The notes under the pieces: generated by a model | What the model was told of the DNA's origin: nothing | The model's input: only the letters and a program-made list of their open reading frames with translations | The model's database searches: none | Shown: positions 42,873 to 60,260 of the stretch, one piece after another | Layout of the letters: every line of letters starts with the position of its first letter | Position numbering within the stretch: the stretch's first letter is position 1 | Made by a program: the position numbers and the translations under genes | Assembly: GCF_009914755.1 (NCBI RefSeq) | Contig: NC_060940.1 | Length of the DNA stretch: 64,000 nt | Direction: 5' to 3' (one strand) | Source: the human T2T-CHM13v2.0 reference genome, Homo sapiens

Positions 42873-44417
42873 TCTGTATGGGAAATATGTTCTGCACTGG
42901 AAAATGTAAACCCATGCAGTGTTTCAGAAGACAGTCTCCTAAACTAACACCTGCCATAATATTCTCCACTCTACCTTGTTGCTCTGACATATTTCACCAC
43001 TGCTTCGTCATCCTCCCTCTTGCCCTCCCTGCTGTGCATGCTCCAGTATCAACCTGTCCTCTGAGAAGTCATGCCTGACTATGCCTATTCTTCCTGACAC
43101 TTCCTATTACTCAGTAGCAACATGACACAAAGCGGCTGGGCAGATCCCTGTTTGCAAAAGGGGGCATTTATGGGGTACAGTTGCTGTGTGCTCCTCTTTC
43201 TCATCTGGTCCATAAAACAACTTAAGCTCATTTGGACAGAAGGAAGAGGATGATAAGTGGATAGAAAGGAGACAGGCAGGGGCCAGCCAGACAAAAACAC
43301 TGTCTCTTGCAGCCGTGGGAGTGGTTTGCCCCCATTAGACCTATGAGAACTCAGAGGCTGAAAAAAAGTCTATGTGTTTGGGGGCACCTCTAATAGTAAA
43401 ATTTATGCTTGGCCTTAGATATGTGACCCCATTTCACCACTTTGTCTCTCCTCCTCCCACCCCACAAACACTACCTATGAGAGCTAGGCTGACTTAGATG
43501 TTTCTGTGTGCCCCAGGAAGGATGCATCCCCCTGAATTGACCAGTTTTCATTGCGAGGGACCATAGGAAAGCAGATGCGGGGGCCTTGGTTGGTGCAAGC
43601 CCTGCATGTGCTCACCAGAGCTGGCTTCCTCTGTCTTTGCTGAGGGAAGCTGGTGGAGGCACGTTTTCCTCTAAGCTGGGCATATGTCACCTTCGGGCAA
43701 AATATGAGCTAATAGAATGGAGATGAATGTAATTGGCAGAAGGTCAGCGAGGCAGCCATGTGCGTCTGGAGCTTCCCGAAAAGGCCAGCATGTTCCCTGC
43801 TCCCCTGTGTCATGATTAGTATGCAGGTAAGGCGAATGGGCCTCCGCAGAGTAATTGGATCATTCGGAGATCGGCAATGCCTGGTGTATGCACAAAGCCT
43901 CAACAGTGATTAGATCCTGCCCGCTCATCTCGGCAAGCCTTGAAATTCTTCCCACTGTGAAAAACTAATTTTCTGTGGGAATTTATTAAATAAGAAATCT
44001 GCATGCCACTTTACCTTGTAAGTCAGGCCAGCAGAGTACAAAGCTTCCCCTCGACTTTGATGCCTGCTCCCAGCAGAGGCTGCTCCATCACTTGGGGACA
44101 GGTGTTTAGGAGCTCGTTTTGTCTCAGGGCATTATATATTTTTCACTCTGCCCTCAGGGCAGGAAATATGGGGAACCTCCTCGCTAAAAGCCTCTGAGAG
44201 AGAAAAATCAAGACAAGCAGAATGTGGGGATGGTGGTGGGAGTGGGTAGGCGGAAGGCAGGCAGGTGCATTCAGACCATGGTGTGGTCTCTGTCCCTATC
44301 TTGGGCTAAGATGTGAAATGTTCCCCCTTGAAAAGACTTCTATGTTGAGGTCTTTGCCCTCAGTACCTCAGAATGTGACTGCTTTTGAAGACAGCATCTT
44401 GAAGAGATAATCAGATG

Positions 44418-44740
<323 letters not shown>

Positions 44741-44785
44741 TCACTGGGTGAGCCTTAATCCCATATGACTCCATATGACTGGTGC

Positions 44786-45072
<287 letters not shown>

Positions 45073-45149
45073 TAACTGGTGTTTTTACAAGGAGAGATGA
45101 TTAGGACACAGACACATATAGAGGGAAGCCCATGTGAAGACACACAGAA

Positions 45150-45420
45150 GGCCAGGCGCAGTGGCTCTTGCCTGTAATCCCAGCATTTTGGGAGGCTGAG
45201 GTGGACAGATTGCTTGAGCCCAGGAGTTTTTGACCAGCTTGGAAAACATGTTGAAACCGAATCTCTACAAAAAAATGCAAAAACTGGCTGGATGTGGTGG
45301 TACACATCTGCCGTCATGGCTGTTCAGGAGGCTGAGCCTAGGAGGTCAAGGCTGCAGTACGCTGTGAACATACCACTCCACTCCAGCCAGAGGGAGACCC
45401 TGTCCAACGCAACAACAAAA
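45150..45420 (+). mobile_element. AluJ
   Basis: ttgcttgagcccaggag...ggtcaaggctgcagt. Confidence 0.85.
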
Positions 45421-45854
45421 GACACAGGGAGAAGACAGCATCTAGAAGCCAAGGAGAGAGGACTCAGAAGTACCCAACCCTTCAGATTTCTTGATCTCAG
45501 GCTTCCATCCTCCTGAAGGGTGAGAAAACTGATCCACTCCCAAGCCCCAGCAAAGTGATACACTCCCCAAATGCCTCCTCCGGAAGCCTTCCTAATTTCC
45601 CTCTTTAGAATTCATCTCTTTTTCCCGACGATGGAGGATAAGAAGGTTTTCAGCTCTCTTGTAGTGGGAATTGGCTGCCCAAAGCCCTACCTTAGGATGT
45701 GGTTTTCAGGCTGAGTCCAGGCAGGGGAGGATGCTGTCTGCAGGTATTTGCTGCTTTGGCTGTGAGTGGGGGTAGTCGCTGCCCATGTGCCCTGCTTGTT
45801 ATGTTCTTAGCTGGCAGCAAACACCTCAACTGGTATTTTTCTTGACACAAGCAT

Positions 45855-46306
45855 TAGGGATTGAGTCATGCCTCCCCCAGACTGGTGAAGTCCTAGGCCT
45901 CAGTGCCTCAGACTGTGTCCTTATTTGGAAATAGGGTTCTTGTAGATACAATTAGTTAAGCTGAGGTCATCCGGGAGTAGGGTGGGCCCCAAATGAAGTA
46001 TGACTGGTTTCTTTGTAAAAAGGGGAAATTTGGACACAAACACGCACGTGGGGATAATGCAGTAATGTGAAAATAAAAGCAGAGATCAAGGTAATGTTTC
46101 TGCAAAGAATTCCAAAGATTGCTAACAAACTACTGCATGCTAGGGTAGAGCTACGGAACAGATCCTGCTTCACAGTCCTCAGAAGGAACCAAACCTGCCA
46201 ACGCCTTGATCTTGCACTTCCAGCCTCCAGAACTGAGATGATACATGTTTGTTGTTTAAGCTCCCTGTCTGCAGGACTTTATTATGGCAGCCCTCCAAAC
46301 GAATAC
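45855..46306 (+). mobile_element. MLT1B/C-type LTR
   Basis: ccttatttggaaatagggt...cttccagcctccagaactgaga. Confidence 0.8.
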
Positions 46307-46447
46307 TTGCAGGAAGGCTCTTTTTCATGGGAGTGCTCCTGGACTGGGAGTCGGGACATGTGTACTCTAACTTAACAGAGGGTTGGCTGCTGAGTGTTGT
46401 CGCTGACCACACTCCCAGCAGCCGCTGAAGCCATGAATCCTAGATTC

Positions 46448-46886
<439 letters not shown>

Positions 46887-47441
46887 TGACCTGCTGTGGC
46901 TTCAGGGCAACGTGAACTAAGTCAGTGATTTATGTGAGAAATCATGCAGTTGGAAGAGCGTGAAATTTGGAATTGAGATAGTGGAGTTCTCATCCTGCCT
47001 CATCCTCTGTGCATGCCCCTGGACCAGGATCTTCTAGATTTCATGCCTCTTTCTCTCTAAGTGTCAAAGAAGGGATTAAACTAGACAAACACTTCTCCAT
47101 CCAAAACCATTCTCCCAGAGTCATGCTGCTTTTTTTCAGAGCACGTTGCACCTTTGTGATTATATTAATATCATCATCTGTGTGACATTGTGATCCACAT
47201 CTGTCTCCTTCAGAGGGCTTGGGCCTATGGAGAACAGGGGCTTGTCTTGCTTATGCTGTGTGATTTTACGTGCTTATATTTACTGAGTACCACACATATG
47301 TCCAATACATAAGTACTCATTTAAGTCTCGTAACAACCCCTGAGTAGGACTCTTGTTTTCCTGACGATGCATGTGGGGAAGTTCCACAAAGACATGCCTA
47401 CTTGCTGGTATAATTAAGACGCGAACTCAAGGAGACTATTT

Positions 47442-47482
<41 letters not shown>
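47442..47482 (+). repeat. (ATC)13 microsatellite occupying an Alu tail
   Basis: direct reading. Confidence 0.95.
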
Positions 47483-47765
<283 letters not shown>

Positions 47766-47768
47766 TAG

Positions 47769-48103
47769 ATGTATGTATGTGTGTATGTATATATATATAT
47801 ATACACATATATACACATATATATATACACATATATACACATATATATATACACATATATACACATATATATATACACATATATACACATATATACACAT
47901 ATATATACACATATATACACATATATACACATATATACATATACACACATATATATACATATATACACACATATATATACATATACATACACACACATAT
48001 ATACACATATATATACATACATATATATACACATATATATATACACACATATATACACACACACATATATATATGTGTGTGTGTGTGTGTGTGTCTGTGT
48101 GTG
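47769..48103 (+). repeat. Compound (TA)n/(CA)n/(TG)n alternating purine-pyrimidine tract, ~335 bp
   Basis: units such as ATATATACAC repeated; direct reading. Confidence 0.95.
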
Positions 48104-48365
48104 TTTTTTGTAAGACAGAGTCTGACTCTGTTGTCCAGGCTGGAGTGCAGTAGTGCGATCTTGGCTCACTACATCCTCTGCCTCCCGGTTTCAGGTGATT
48201 CTTCTGCCTCAGCTTCCCAAGTAGCAGGGATTACAGGTGCCTGCCACCATGCCCGGCTATTTTTTGTATTTTTAGTAGAGAAGCGTTTTCACCATATTGG
48301 CCTGGCTGGTCTCGAACTCCTGACCTCAAGTGATCCACCCACCTTGGCCTCCCAAAGTGCAGAGA
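48104..48365 (-). mobile_element. AluS, 5'-truncated
   Basis: antisense, ends at cccaaagtgc. Confidence 0.9.
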
Positions 48366-48469
48366 TTTATTATTAATTACTATATGATCCTCCCTACTAG
48401 GGCCTAAAAGTGTGGCAGGGCATTGCAGACTCTTAGTTTCAATTCGATGCATATAAACTCGTGGGCCCC

Positions 48470-49132
<663 letters not shown>

Positions 49133-49510
49133 CAAGCCCTTTCTAAAAAAAATAAAATAAAATAATAGAGAAGCCCAATATTTAATAGATAAAAGGAGAG
49201 ATGGTCTGCTTCAGGAAGGGCCTCCCGTCAGTCAGTCCTCTTCAGCACCTCCACCATCAACTTTGACAGGTGCAGGAGGCACGGTTTATAGACCACAGCA
49301 ACAGTTGATCCATGCAATCTCTCTTATCCTGAGTATAAGTGAAGCCACTGGAGAGCCTAACTCTGTAGCCTCCCTCCTGGGCATCTCTACCTGAGGTCTG
49401 TTTGCCTTCTCAGTTGCTGGAGGGCAGATGCTTTGAGTGGCTGATTCACCAAACTGGGGAACAAGCCCAGCCCTGGTAAGATGTCAGAGCACTGAAATTT
49501 TTAGCAACGT

Positions 49511-49830
49511 GGCTGGGCGTGGTGGCTCAGGCCTGTAATCTCAGCACTTTGGGAGACCGCGGCGGGCAGATCACTTGAGGTCAGGAGTTTCGAGACCAGC
49601 CTGACCAATATGGTGAAACCCCGTCTCCACTAAAAATACAAAAATTAGCCGGGTGTGGTGGCAGGCACCTGTAATCCCAGCTACTCAGGAGGCTAAGGCA
49701 GGAGAGTCACTTGAACCTGGGAGGCGGAGGTTGCAGTGAGCCAAGATTGTGCCACTATACTCCAGCCTTGGTGACAGAGCAAGACTTCAAAAACAAACAA
49801 AAACAAAAAACAAAAAAAAAAGAAAAATAA
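49511..49830 (+). mobile_element. AluS
   Basis: full dimer. Confidence 0.95.
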
Positions 49831-50409
49831 ATCTTTGGCAACCTGTTTTTAATCCTCCACCAACCTGCTCAGAGGCAACTTGATCACATGGGGGTTTGTG
49901 AAGCCTTTTCTGTCCTGCAGCCTAGAATGGTCACCAAAGGTTCTCAGAATGAGAAGGGAACTAAAGTGGGTAGAGACCTCTATATAGCCTGGTCCTCAGG
50001 CCAGTCTCAGGGAGAAGTTTCACATAGCATCACACAGAGGGGCACGTTCTCCCGTTCCCTGCCTCCATAGCACCCCAAATTCAGTGCACCCTCTAGGAGG
50101 TACCAGAGCCTTCTTGACTGGAAGAATGTCCCTTCTTCAGCTCAGAATGCTTATGGGAGGTTCAATTCATCCATCCCTCTGCCTTCAGGCAGGATGAAAC
50201 ATGGTCAGGAAAGTCTTGACAATGGTTGGCTACTATAAGAATCTCTTCTTGTGTAGATGGGATAGGTAGAAAGATTTAGGAGCCCTTTTGGTTATTGGAG
50301 TGGAGGAAGGTGTGAGGGTTGAGCTGGGTGCAGGGCTAGCAGAGGCAGGGAAGGAGCTGTCCGGAGTGGTTTTTTGGTCCTAGGAGGTGAGGGTTTCTCA
50401 GCCTTTGCT

Positions 50410-50845
50410 ATGTGTCTCTCCATCAATGCCCCACTTCTATTTTTATCAGTAGGATGCCCATCAACCGAACTTCAAGCTGTCAGAATCTGCATCTCTGCCT
50501 GAAAACTTTGTTTGTTTGTTTTTGCCCATCTGAGTTTCTCTGTGTGCAGTGCAGGCTGGAAGTGCTGGCAGATTCACAACCCCAGGAAAGCTCCCTGTTC
50601 CGTGACAGATGGAAGCTGGTGTACAAACACCCCACATCCCTCATCCTCTGGATGGGATAACTCTGACTCTCCTCCCTGTGTTCCCCAAAGGGATCAAGCT
50701 TCGTTTACCCAGAGTGGTAATTTGCCTAATAATGCAAATCATGCCCCCTTTCTCACCTCTCTTATCTGTAATCATACCCCAAATAAACTACTTGTGCTTG
50801 GATCTTTGACTTAGCATCTGCTTCTAGGGGAACAGAAACTAAGGT
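50410..50845 (+). mobile_element. ERVL LTR (LTR16A-like)
   Basis: gcaggctggaagtgct...gggataactctga...cccaaataaactacttg...ctgcttctaggggaac. Confidence 0.7.
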
Positions 50846-51344
50846 ACTCTGTCATTGGACTGGCATTGATGGAGGGAGCCTGGGGTGCTTGGCAGACATA
50901 GGTCCTACCTGCAGACAAATCTTGCAGCCCATTTGGCTTGCTGGATCCACCCTGTTCTCTAGGGCCTCCCACTTGAGGTCCACTGTCTGTTTTTCACCCC
51001 CAGAAAAACGTCCATCATCTGTTTTGACTCCACACTTATTACTGATGGGAATTTTCACTGGATACTTGTGGAAGATCCGAAGCTCTGAAGTTCCTGTTCC
51101 CCTTATCTTGTGCCACAGCCGTATCTTCAGAGACCTCTTGCTGTTGAGATAAGCACAACTTCCCTGGGGGCACCATCCTAGCATTTCACGCTTCATCCCC
51201 ACAGTATTGAGTACATGTTTATTTTCTTTACTAACAGAGAGCTCGGCTGTAAAAGAGCTGGTGTACGTTATGAGTCTTCAACGCCTTGTTCGTGCACCAT
51301 GCACTAATCCCATTTCTAGCTTCTGACGGGGGGTGCGGAGGCAT

Positions 51345-51704
51345 TGTTTTACTCTGTTTGGGCTGATGTAACAAAATACCATGAACAGGGCCACTTCTAA
51401 ACAGCAGAGATTTATTTTTCACAGCTCTGGAGTCTGGGAAGTCCAGGATGAAGGCAGATTCCGTGTCTGGTGAGAGTCCACATTCTGGTTCACAGGTGGT
51501 GCCTTTGCACCATGTCTGCATATGGTGGGAGGGGAAGGGGAGCTCTCTAGGACTTCTTTTATAAGGCCACTCATCTCAACCATGAGGGCCCCACCCCCAT
51601 GGCCTCATACCCTCCCTAAAGCCCGAACTCTGAATACCATCACCTTGGGGATTCGGATTTCAGTATATGAATTTTGAGGGGACACAAACATTCAGACCTT
51701 AGTA
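51345..51704 (-). mobile_element. MaLR LTR (MSTD/MLT1A-like)
   Basis: atttatttttcacagctctggagtctgggaagtcca...tatgaattttgaggggacacaaacattcagac. Confidence 0.8.
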
Positions 51705-51809
51705 GGCACCTTCACGGGGAGAAATTTGGAGACAGGAAGACCAAAGGAGAACCTCTAAAATAATGATCCACTGATTCATCCATCCTCACCACTCCACCCA
51801 AGCGCCATC

Positions 51810-52065
51810 TAAAGTAGAGACTGGTGGAAAAACAAATAAGCATTTGGGGATTGGACAGACCTGAGCTTCACACCCATCTCTGCCATTTGCTAACGTTTGT
51901 GTCTTTGGCTAAGTGACTTAGCCTCTCTGAGCCTCAGTTTTTTCATCCATGTAGGGGGTTTGCTGAGGTTACCTCTTAGGCATTTATAGTGATCAAATGA
52001 GGCAAGACCTGTCAGTTTCTCAGAATGAAGCTCACCGTATCATTGACACATAATAAATGTTAGCC
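51810..52065 (+). mobile_element. MIR
   Basis: aagtgacttagcctctctgagcctcagttttttcatc. Confidence 0.8.
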
Positions 52066-53041
52066 GTTGTTTTCCGTTTGTGTCCCATTGATGCCTGTAC
52101 ATTTAGCTGCGCCTGGGAGAAGCTGAGCAGCTTTGCACTAATCAGAGATTAGGAGTCTACCCTGAGAACAGTGTGGTTTGGGGACATGTCACGGCCACCT
52201 GGCATCTCCCAGCTCCTCTCACCTCACTCCAGTCCCACTACATCACACAATAAGGGAAGATGCATTGCACGTTGAAAGGCTTTTATGCCAAAGTCATTTT
52301 CCTACTCATGACCTCTTGTTTTTACACAAGAACTTGGTAGGCATCTGGCAAAACACCAGCCACAACCCAGATAAAAGTATAATTATTTCCTATTTGCTTG
52401 CTGGGGTTTTTAAATCAGTGCAGTAATTTAAGCATGACTCTTGGAGGCTTACAAAAAACATGTTATGATTAGTTTTATCTCCTTTGTTAAGAAAAAATAA
52501 TTACAGTGAAATAATTAGAGGCGGCAGAGTTGACAGGAGATTAGGAGAGCTGGTTTGGCGATGAAAGTGAAGTTCTAATGAGGAAAAGTATAACGAAGGG
52601 ATGGGTCCATGGGGAGAGTGCCAGGAGCTTGTCCAGTTCTGGCCTCCAGACCCAAGAACAGAGGGGAGGCAGGACAGCTGACCTGGTGGGGTGGCCAGCT
52701 TCCTAATGTACTTAAGTGACTCAGGATAAAAGTTCTCTTCTTAGGGTCAGAAGACCCAAGTCTAAGTTCAGACTCTAGCATTGCCAAGCGTGTGACCTTA
52801 GGCGAGTCCCTTGACATTTCCAAGCTGCATGTAGTAGCTATGTGTTGTGTTAGCCTCTCTTTCTTGGTCTAGAAATTCAGCTTGTGGGTGTATGATAAGG
52901 ATAGCAGGTTGACCTGGCTTAATAGGTAGAAAGCCACACACGGGTGCATGACACCATCTTATTTATCCCACGGTTATTTATTGGGACTTATGTATCTCCC
53001 CACCCCTACCATGTATGGGTTGTTTCGACCCACGCAGGGGT

Positions 53042-53435
53042 TGATATGATTTGAATATTCATCCCCTCCAAATCTCATTCGGAAATGTGATTCCAATGTT
53101 GGAGATAGGGCCTAGTGAAAGGGGTTTGGGTGATGGGGGGCAGTTGCCTCATGAATGGCTTGGTACCTTCCCCACAGTAATGAGCTCAAGTCAGAGCTGG
53201 CTGTTTAAAAGAGCCTGGTATCTCTCTTGCTTCCTCTTCCTTGCCGTATGACACACCTGCACCCCTTTGCTTTCCGCTGTGATTGAAAACTCTCTGAGAT
53301 CCTGCCTGGAAGCTGAGCAGATGCTGGAGCCATGCTTGTACAGCCTGAAGAACTGTGAGCCAAGTAAACCTCTTTTCTTTATACATTACCCAGTCTCAGG
53401 TATTCCTCTGTAGCAATGCAAAACAGGCTAACACA
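53042..53435 (+). mobile_element. MSTB-type solo LTR
   Basis: tgatatgatttgaat...ggctaacaca; TSD GGGGT/GGTGT. Confidence 0.85.
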
Positions 53436-53549
53436 GGTGTATCACCAGATCCTTGCTCAAGAAGAATGATATTCCAAACATTCCAGCAACACATCCAAAA
53501 TGCCAATAATTGTGCATTCTGGCCTTTGTTAAAGGTTTGAGAAAAGGTA

Positions 53550-53810
53550 AAGATAACAGCTAACATTGTCTTCGTACCTATCATGTACCAGACACCATGC
53601 TGAGCACTTTGGATATATGAATGACATCTTTCTTTACACCAACGCTAAGAGGTGGACAGGGTATATTCTGTCACTCCTCTCATTCCGTCATGAGGACATC
53701 AAGGGTCAGTGGTGGTAAGGAACTTCCTTAGAGCCATCCAACTTGCAGTTTGCAGGATCAAGATTCAAACCTAGGTGTGTTTGATTCAAGGACAGAGGCA
53801 TTAACCCACA
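53550..53810 (-). mobile_element. MIR
   Basis: tcatgtaccagacaccatgctgagcacttt...gattcaaacctaggt. Confidence 0.65.
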
Positions 53811-53967
53811 ACTTTCATGAGATGTCTTGGGGACTTTCAAGCTGTGTTGTCTCATTTGGTGATGGCAGCCAGGAGGAAAGGACGTTTTGGCCCCAAAATA
53901 ATCCAGGAAAAAGACGGAAAACTGTCTTCATTTTGAGTTAACAGTGCCTAGTAGATGTCTTCTCACA

Positions 53968-54865
<898 letters not shown>

Positions 54866-55290
54866 TTCCACTACTTTTTATTGCCCACTCCCTTTGTCTC
54901 TTCTAGGTATCTAGATTGTAGATGGAGCATCTTGTTACATCCTCTGATGAGTGAACAGATCCTAAGAGGTCAAGATCATCACTAATTTGACTTCTGTCTT
55001 TGCTTTTCCATCTATTAATATTTTATTCCACATGATTTGAGTAGAGTCAAGATAATTCAACTGGCTATTGCATCCTTTCCATATTTTGAGACTCTAGAGA
55101 GGGCTGAAGCACTCCAGAGACTAAAATGCCACTCAACACTTGTACCTAAATGATGTTCATTCATCCATTCAATGAACACTTTAGTGCCTACTTATTCCTT
55201 GGGGCTAAGAAGAGAGAGTGAATGAGACGGCAGGGTTCCTTCAGAGAGGACCTACTTTTAGTAGGTAGTCAGAGAAGTTTATAGAAGACA

Positions 55291-55596
<306 letters not shown>

Positions 55597-57019
55597 CTAC
55601 AATATGACACATTACCATCATAAGCCTTAAAAAATGTCATATTAAAATTCATGATGATCACATTGGGAATAATGGGGCTTAGAGTTATTCAGTGCACTGC
55701 CCTATGAACTTCACACAGCTTTCTTGGTAGAAGCAGTCTTATTTCTCCAGCCTTCACAGCAGCTAGTAATGCCTGTCCCCTGGTAGCTATAAGATTGGAT
55801 TGTGCAGATTCCTACAGACTGTGTTAAGGACTTTAAGCCGTATCTCAAGTGCAAATGTAAGACATTGGAGAGCCTGAAACAGGAGACCAAGCCTGAAAAT
55901 TCGTTTGGTGTCTGAACTGTCTCCCTGACACTCTAGCAAAAAAACCCAGATGAAAGGATGATTTCTTCCCATCACCGTAACAGGTTGGAAAGCTTTATCC
56001 ATAACAGCTCTAATTCTCGGATTATTCTTAATTCCCCCCTCCTTTGTTGGAGTTTGTCTTCTATTTGTTTTTGTCTTACTGTCTATCAGCTTGTATTAAT
56101 TCTCGGTTTCACCTTCCTCCCTCTCTTATTTCTTTCTTTACCTCCTTTCCCAATCTCTTTGCTCATAAGAATCTCAGAGAAAAGTCTTAGGGAAAAGGCC
56201 TCTGCTTGACCATTGCTTCCATCTAAATTTGCCTATTCACCACTTGTTTTAAGCTTTTGTAGGGGCCTATGTGCCCAGCCCTTCCTCTCATTTTCCCTTT
56301 ATAATTAGGAGGTGCTGGGTCCTCCACTGCTTCCCAGCTTTGGAACTAATTTCAGGGGAAGCAGGAGGAGGAGGACCTCCTAGAAGGGAGACATAATTCT
56401 CATTTTTCCTTGTGGTAAGCCCCACAGGTGGTTGTCAGGTGAGAAAGCTGCCGGGTCAGCACCACCCCCCACACTAAGCTGCTTATCTCTGACTCCACTG
56501 GGCTGCCGTTTTATTAGCTTTACTTCTCAAAGGCACAACCCCTGGATTGAGCTGGGAGAGAGTCGGAAACCACATCCTCTTAGCCAGGAGAGAGAAAGCT
56601 CTCCTGACGGGGGAAAGCAGGTTTCCCAATGCCTGGGTGACTCCTGCCTCAGGACTGAATTCAGCTGTGCGCAGGACGAGCTAGTGGGTGTCTCCCCTGC
56701 CTTTGATGCGGGTGTTATGACCTGCATCCCATGTGCCCCTGGGATGGGGATGAATTGAGTCAGAAGGGCTTCCACTGAGTCGCCCTTTCTCCCTTCACCG
56801 CACCCTGCAGGCGTGGCCCCACTTGAACCTGCTCTACAGTCTGGAATTTGTGGGTCTGTTTTCCTTCCTGTTCCTCTGCTTTAGACAACCGCTTCCTAAG
56901 CACCACAGGATGCCAGGCTGTTTTTCACTCCCAGCGCCCGTGCTTTGAATCCACACCCCAGAGGAGAGACTTGCTAAAGGGCTCCAGTGTTTTAAAACAT
57001 GCCCATGGAAGCGTGATAA

Positions 57020-57215
57020 TATTGATAATAACATAATGGAGAATACTCAGTAAGTCCATTAAGCGCCCACCACCGGACATGCTGCTAAGCACTTTATGTG
57101 CATCTTACGGTGAATCCTCCCAACAGCCTAAGAGATTTGGTGCTTTCAGAACTCATCTTCATTTTATAAAAACAGAGAGGTTGAGACGTTAAGTAATTTT
57201 CTCAAGATAATCTGT
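57020..57215 (-). mobile_element. MIR
   Basis: gctaagcactttatgtgcatctt...aatcctcccaacagcc. Confidence 0.65.
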
Positions 57216-57837
57216 CGGATCGGGACCTCATAATGATTGCAGTCAAAGAAGACGGGAATTCCCAGGTTGTTCTGACACCACCTGTGGGAGCCACAGTGGG
57301 TGGGAAGGAAGGAGACTCAAACTCTGGACTGCACTGGGTGTGTCCATGTGAGTTCTGCCTCCTTTCTCCTGGGCCCTGGGAAATGTGTCAGCACGGAAAT
57401 GGTTATGTCCCCAGTCCATGCCGCCATCCACCGTTTCTTCCCTGGATACCTGACATAACCTCTCCCTTGCTTCACCACGTGATCCCTCAAATGTATTTTT
57501 TAATGTAGTCTCAAAGTGTGACCAGAATGATCATTATAAAATTCATACCGGGTTGTGACTCTTCTCTGTTTGAAATGACTTCCCATTGCAGGGTCTAGCC
57601 CCTGGTCCCCGTCAGGTTCCTTCCTCCCCTTTCTCTTCCCGCTGCACTGACCTCTTAGCTCCTAGAATATGATCCTCTCTCTCCCACACGGGAGAAAGAA
57701 TCTGTCACAAGTTATGCTCTCCCCACCTCTCAGATTTAGAGTGCAGCTTGATCCTCGCCTTCTAAGAAAGCCCTCCTTTCACAGGTCAAATTCCATGTCC
57801 CAAGCACTCAGTCAGCAACAGCCTGCAGTTCTCTTAA

Positions 57838-58200
<363 letters not shown>

Positions 58201-58934
58201 TGACATCCCAGAGCATGCACCTAGTTCCGTATCGTAAGTCACCAGCACCTGACAGATAGTAAGGGTTAATAGGCCTACTGACCAGCTTTAACAGAGCCCT
58301 CACTATCTATAACAAAATTAGTCCACAATTCTCTGGATGAATGATTAAAACCCCTCTAAAATTTGCAGGGTAGACAGTGAGCTGTAGGCATTCCTTATCT
58401 CCAGGAAAATGAACTCATTCAGTTAACCAAGATGTTACTCCAGAGTTACAAAGTACCCACTAGGACTGTGAATTTGCATAAGACTTCCTGGTTGTCCTGA
58501 GGTTGATCACAGTCAAGGGAGGAGCGACTAAGGTGCAGTGATAGTGAGACCTGCAACAAAGCAGGCTTGGCCAGAGTAAGAAGCAACACTTGACTTTTCC
58601 TGGGAAGTCAAGGAGGCTTCTCAGAAAAGTCGTCTTTAGGTCCAGCTCCAAGGAATGCTGGCTCTACAGGTGCTCAAGGAAGGAAGGTGTTCCACATGGG
58701 GTGAACAGTGGACACAAGGAGGCGCAGTGGAGCCTGGGGCTGTGACCATGGGATAACTTGCCTCTCAGGAAGGAATCATATATCCACGTCTTTCCCAGTG
58801 TCTGAGAGCTGAGGCAGTTTCAGCCTATCACCTGATAGCACATAGGTACCTGGAAAATTGGTTGTGGTGTTTATACTTCTTATCCTGATATGTAGAAAAA
58901 AAATGTACAAATTGCTGACACTTCAGTGAAGGTC

Positions 58935-59038
58935 AGGCTGACCATATATCCCTGGATGGTTCTAGTTAATGCCTATTTCTCTGAATTAGCCCTGTAACAT
59001 GTTCCAGGTTAGACAGTAAATCATGGTGTCACCCTACT
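58935..59038. mobile_element. hAT-Blackjack MITE relic (MER94/MER81-like)
   Basis: termini aggctgaccatat ... atggtgtcacccta. Confidence 0.5.
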
Positions 59039-59084
59039 AAAAGCCCAAAGTGAAACGCAGAGCTGTTGTTTTAATTGCATTTTT

Positions 59085-59360
<276 letters not shown>

Positions 59361-60260
59361 GCAAATTTTATATAATATAAAGTTAACCATTTTAAAGCGT
59401 ATAATTCCATGGTATTTAGTGCATTCACAAGGTTGTGCCACCACCACCTTGATCTCGTTTCAAAACATTTTCATTTCTCCAAAGGAAACCCCATACCCGT
59501 TAGGAGTGACTCTGCATTCCCCTTCTCCACAGCCCTGGAAGTTACTCATCTACTTTCTATAGATTCACTTTGCTGGGTATTTCCTATACATGGAGTCCTA
59601 TAGCCTGTGACCCTTTCTCTCTGCCTTTTTTTTCACTGAGCATAATGTGTTCAAGGTTCATCCATATTGAAACATATATCAGTACTTCCATTTTTTTTAG
59701 ACGGAGTCTCGCACTGTCGCCCAGGCTGGAGTGCAGTGGCGCGATCTCACTGCAAGCTCCGCCTCCGGGCTTCACGTCATTCTCCTGCCTCAGCCTCCCG
59801 AGTAGCGGGGACTACAGGCGCCCGCCACCACACCCAGCTAATTTTTTGCATTTTTTGGTAGAGACGGGATTTCACCGCGTTAGCCAGGATGGTCTCGATC
59901 TCCTGACCTTGTGATCCACCTGCCTTGGCCTCCCAAAGTGCTGGGTTTACAGGCCTGAGCCACCACACCCGGCCATATTAGTACTTCCTTTCTGTAGAAG
60001 GAAGTACTGTATTTCACTCAGTCTTATTCCTTTTTATTGTACATTACCCATATAATTGTATGTAGAGAGATCCTACTTTGTTTATTCACTCATCGGTGGC
60101 TATACATTTGGGCTGTTCCTACCTTTGGATTGTTTAGAGCTGCTCTTAGCGTTTGTGTACAAGGGTCTGTTTGGGGACCTGTTTTTATTTCTCGTGGGTG
60201 TATACCTAGGAGTGGAATTACTGGGTTATATGGCAATTCGTTAACTTATAGGGGAACTGA
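59361..60260 (-). mobile_element. L1MB-type 3' fragment split by AluY
   Basis: gtatttagtgcattcacaaggttgtg...aacattttcatttctccaaaggaaacccc...atacctaggagtggaattactggg. Confidence 0.85.
59691..59974 (-). mobile_element. AluY
   Basis: ctgcaagctccgcctcc...gttagccaggatggtctcgatctcc. Confidence 0.95.
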
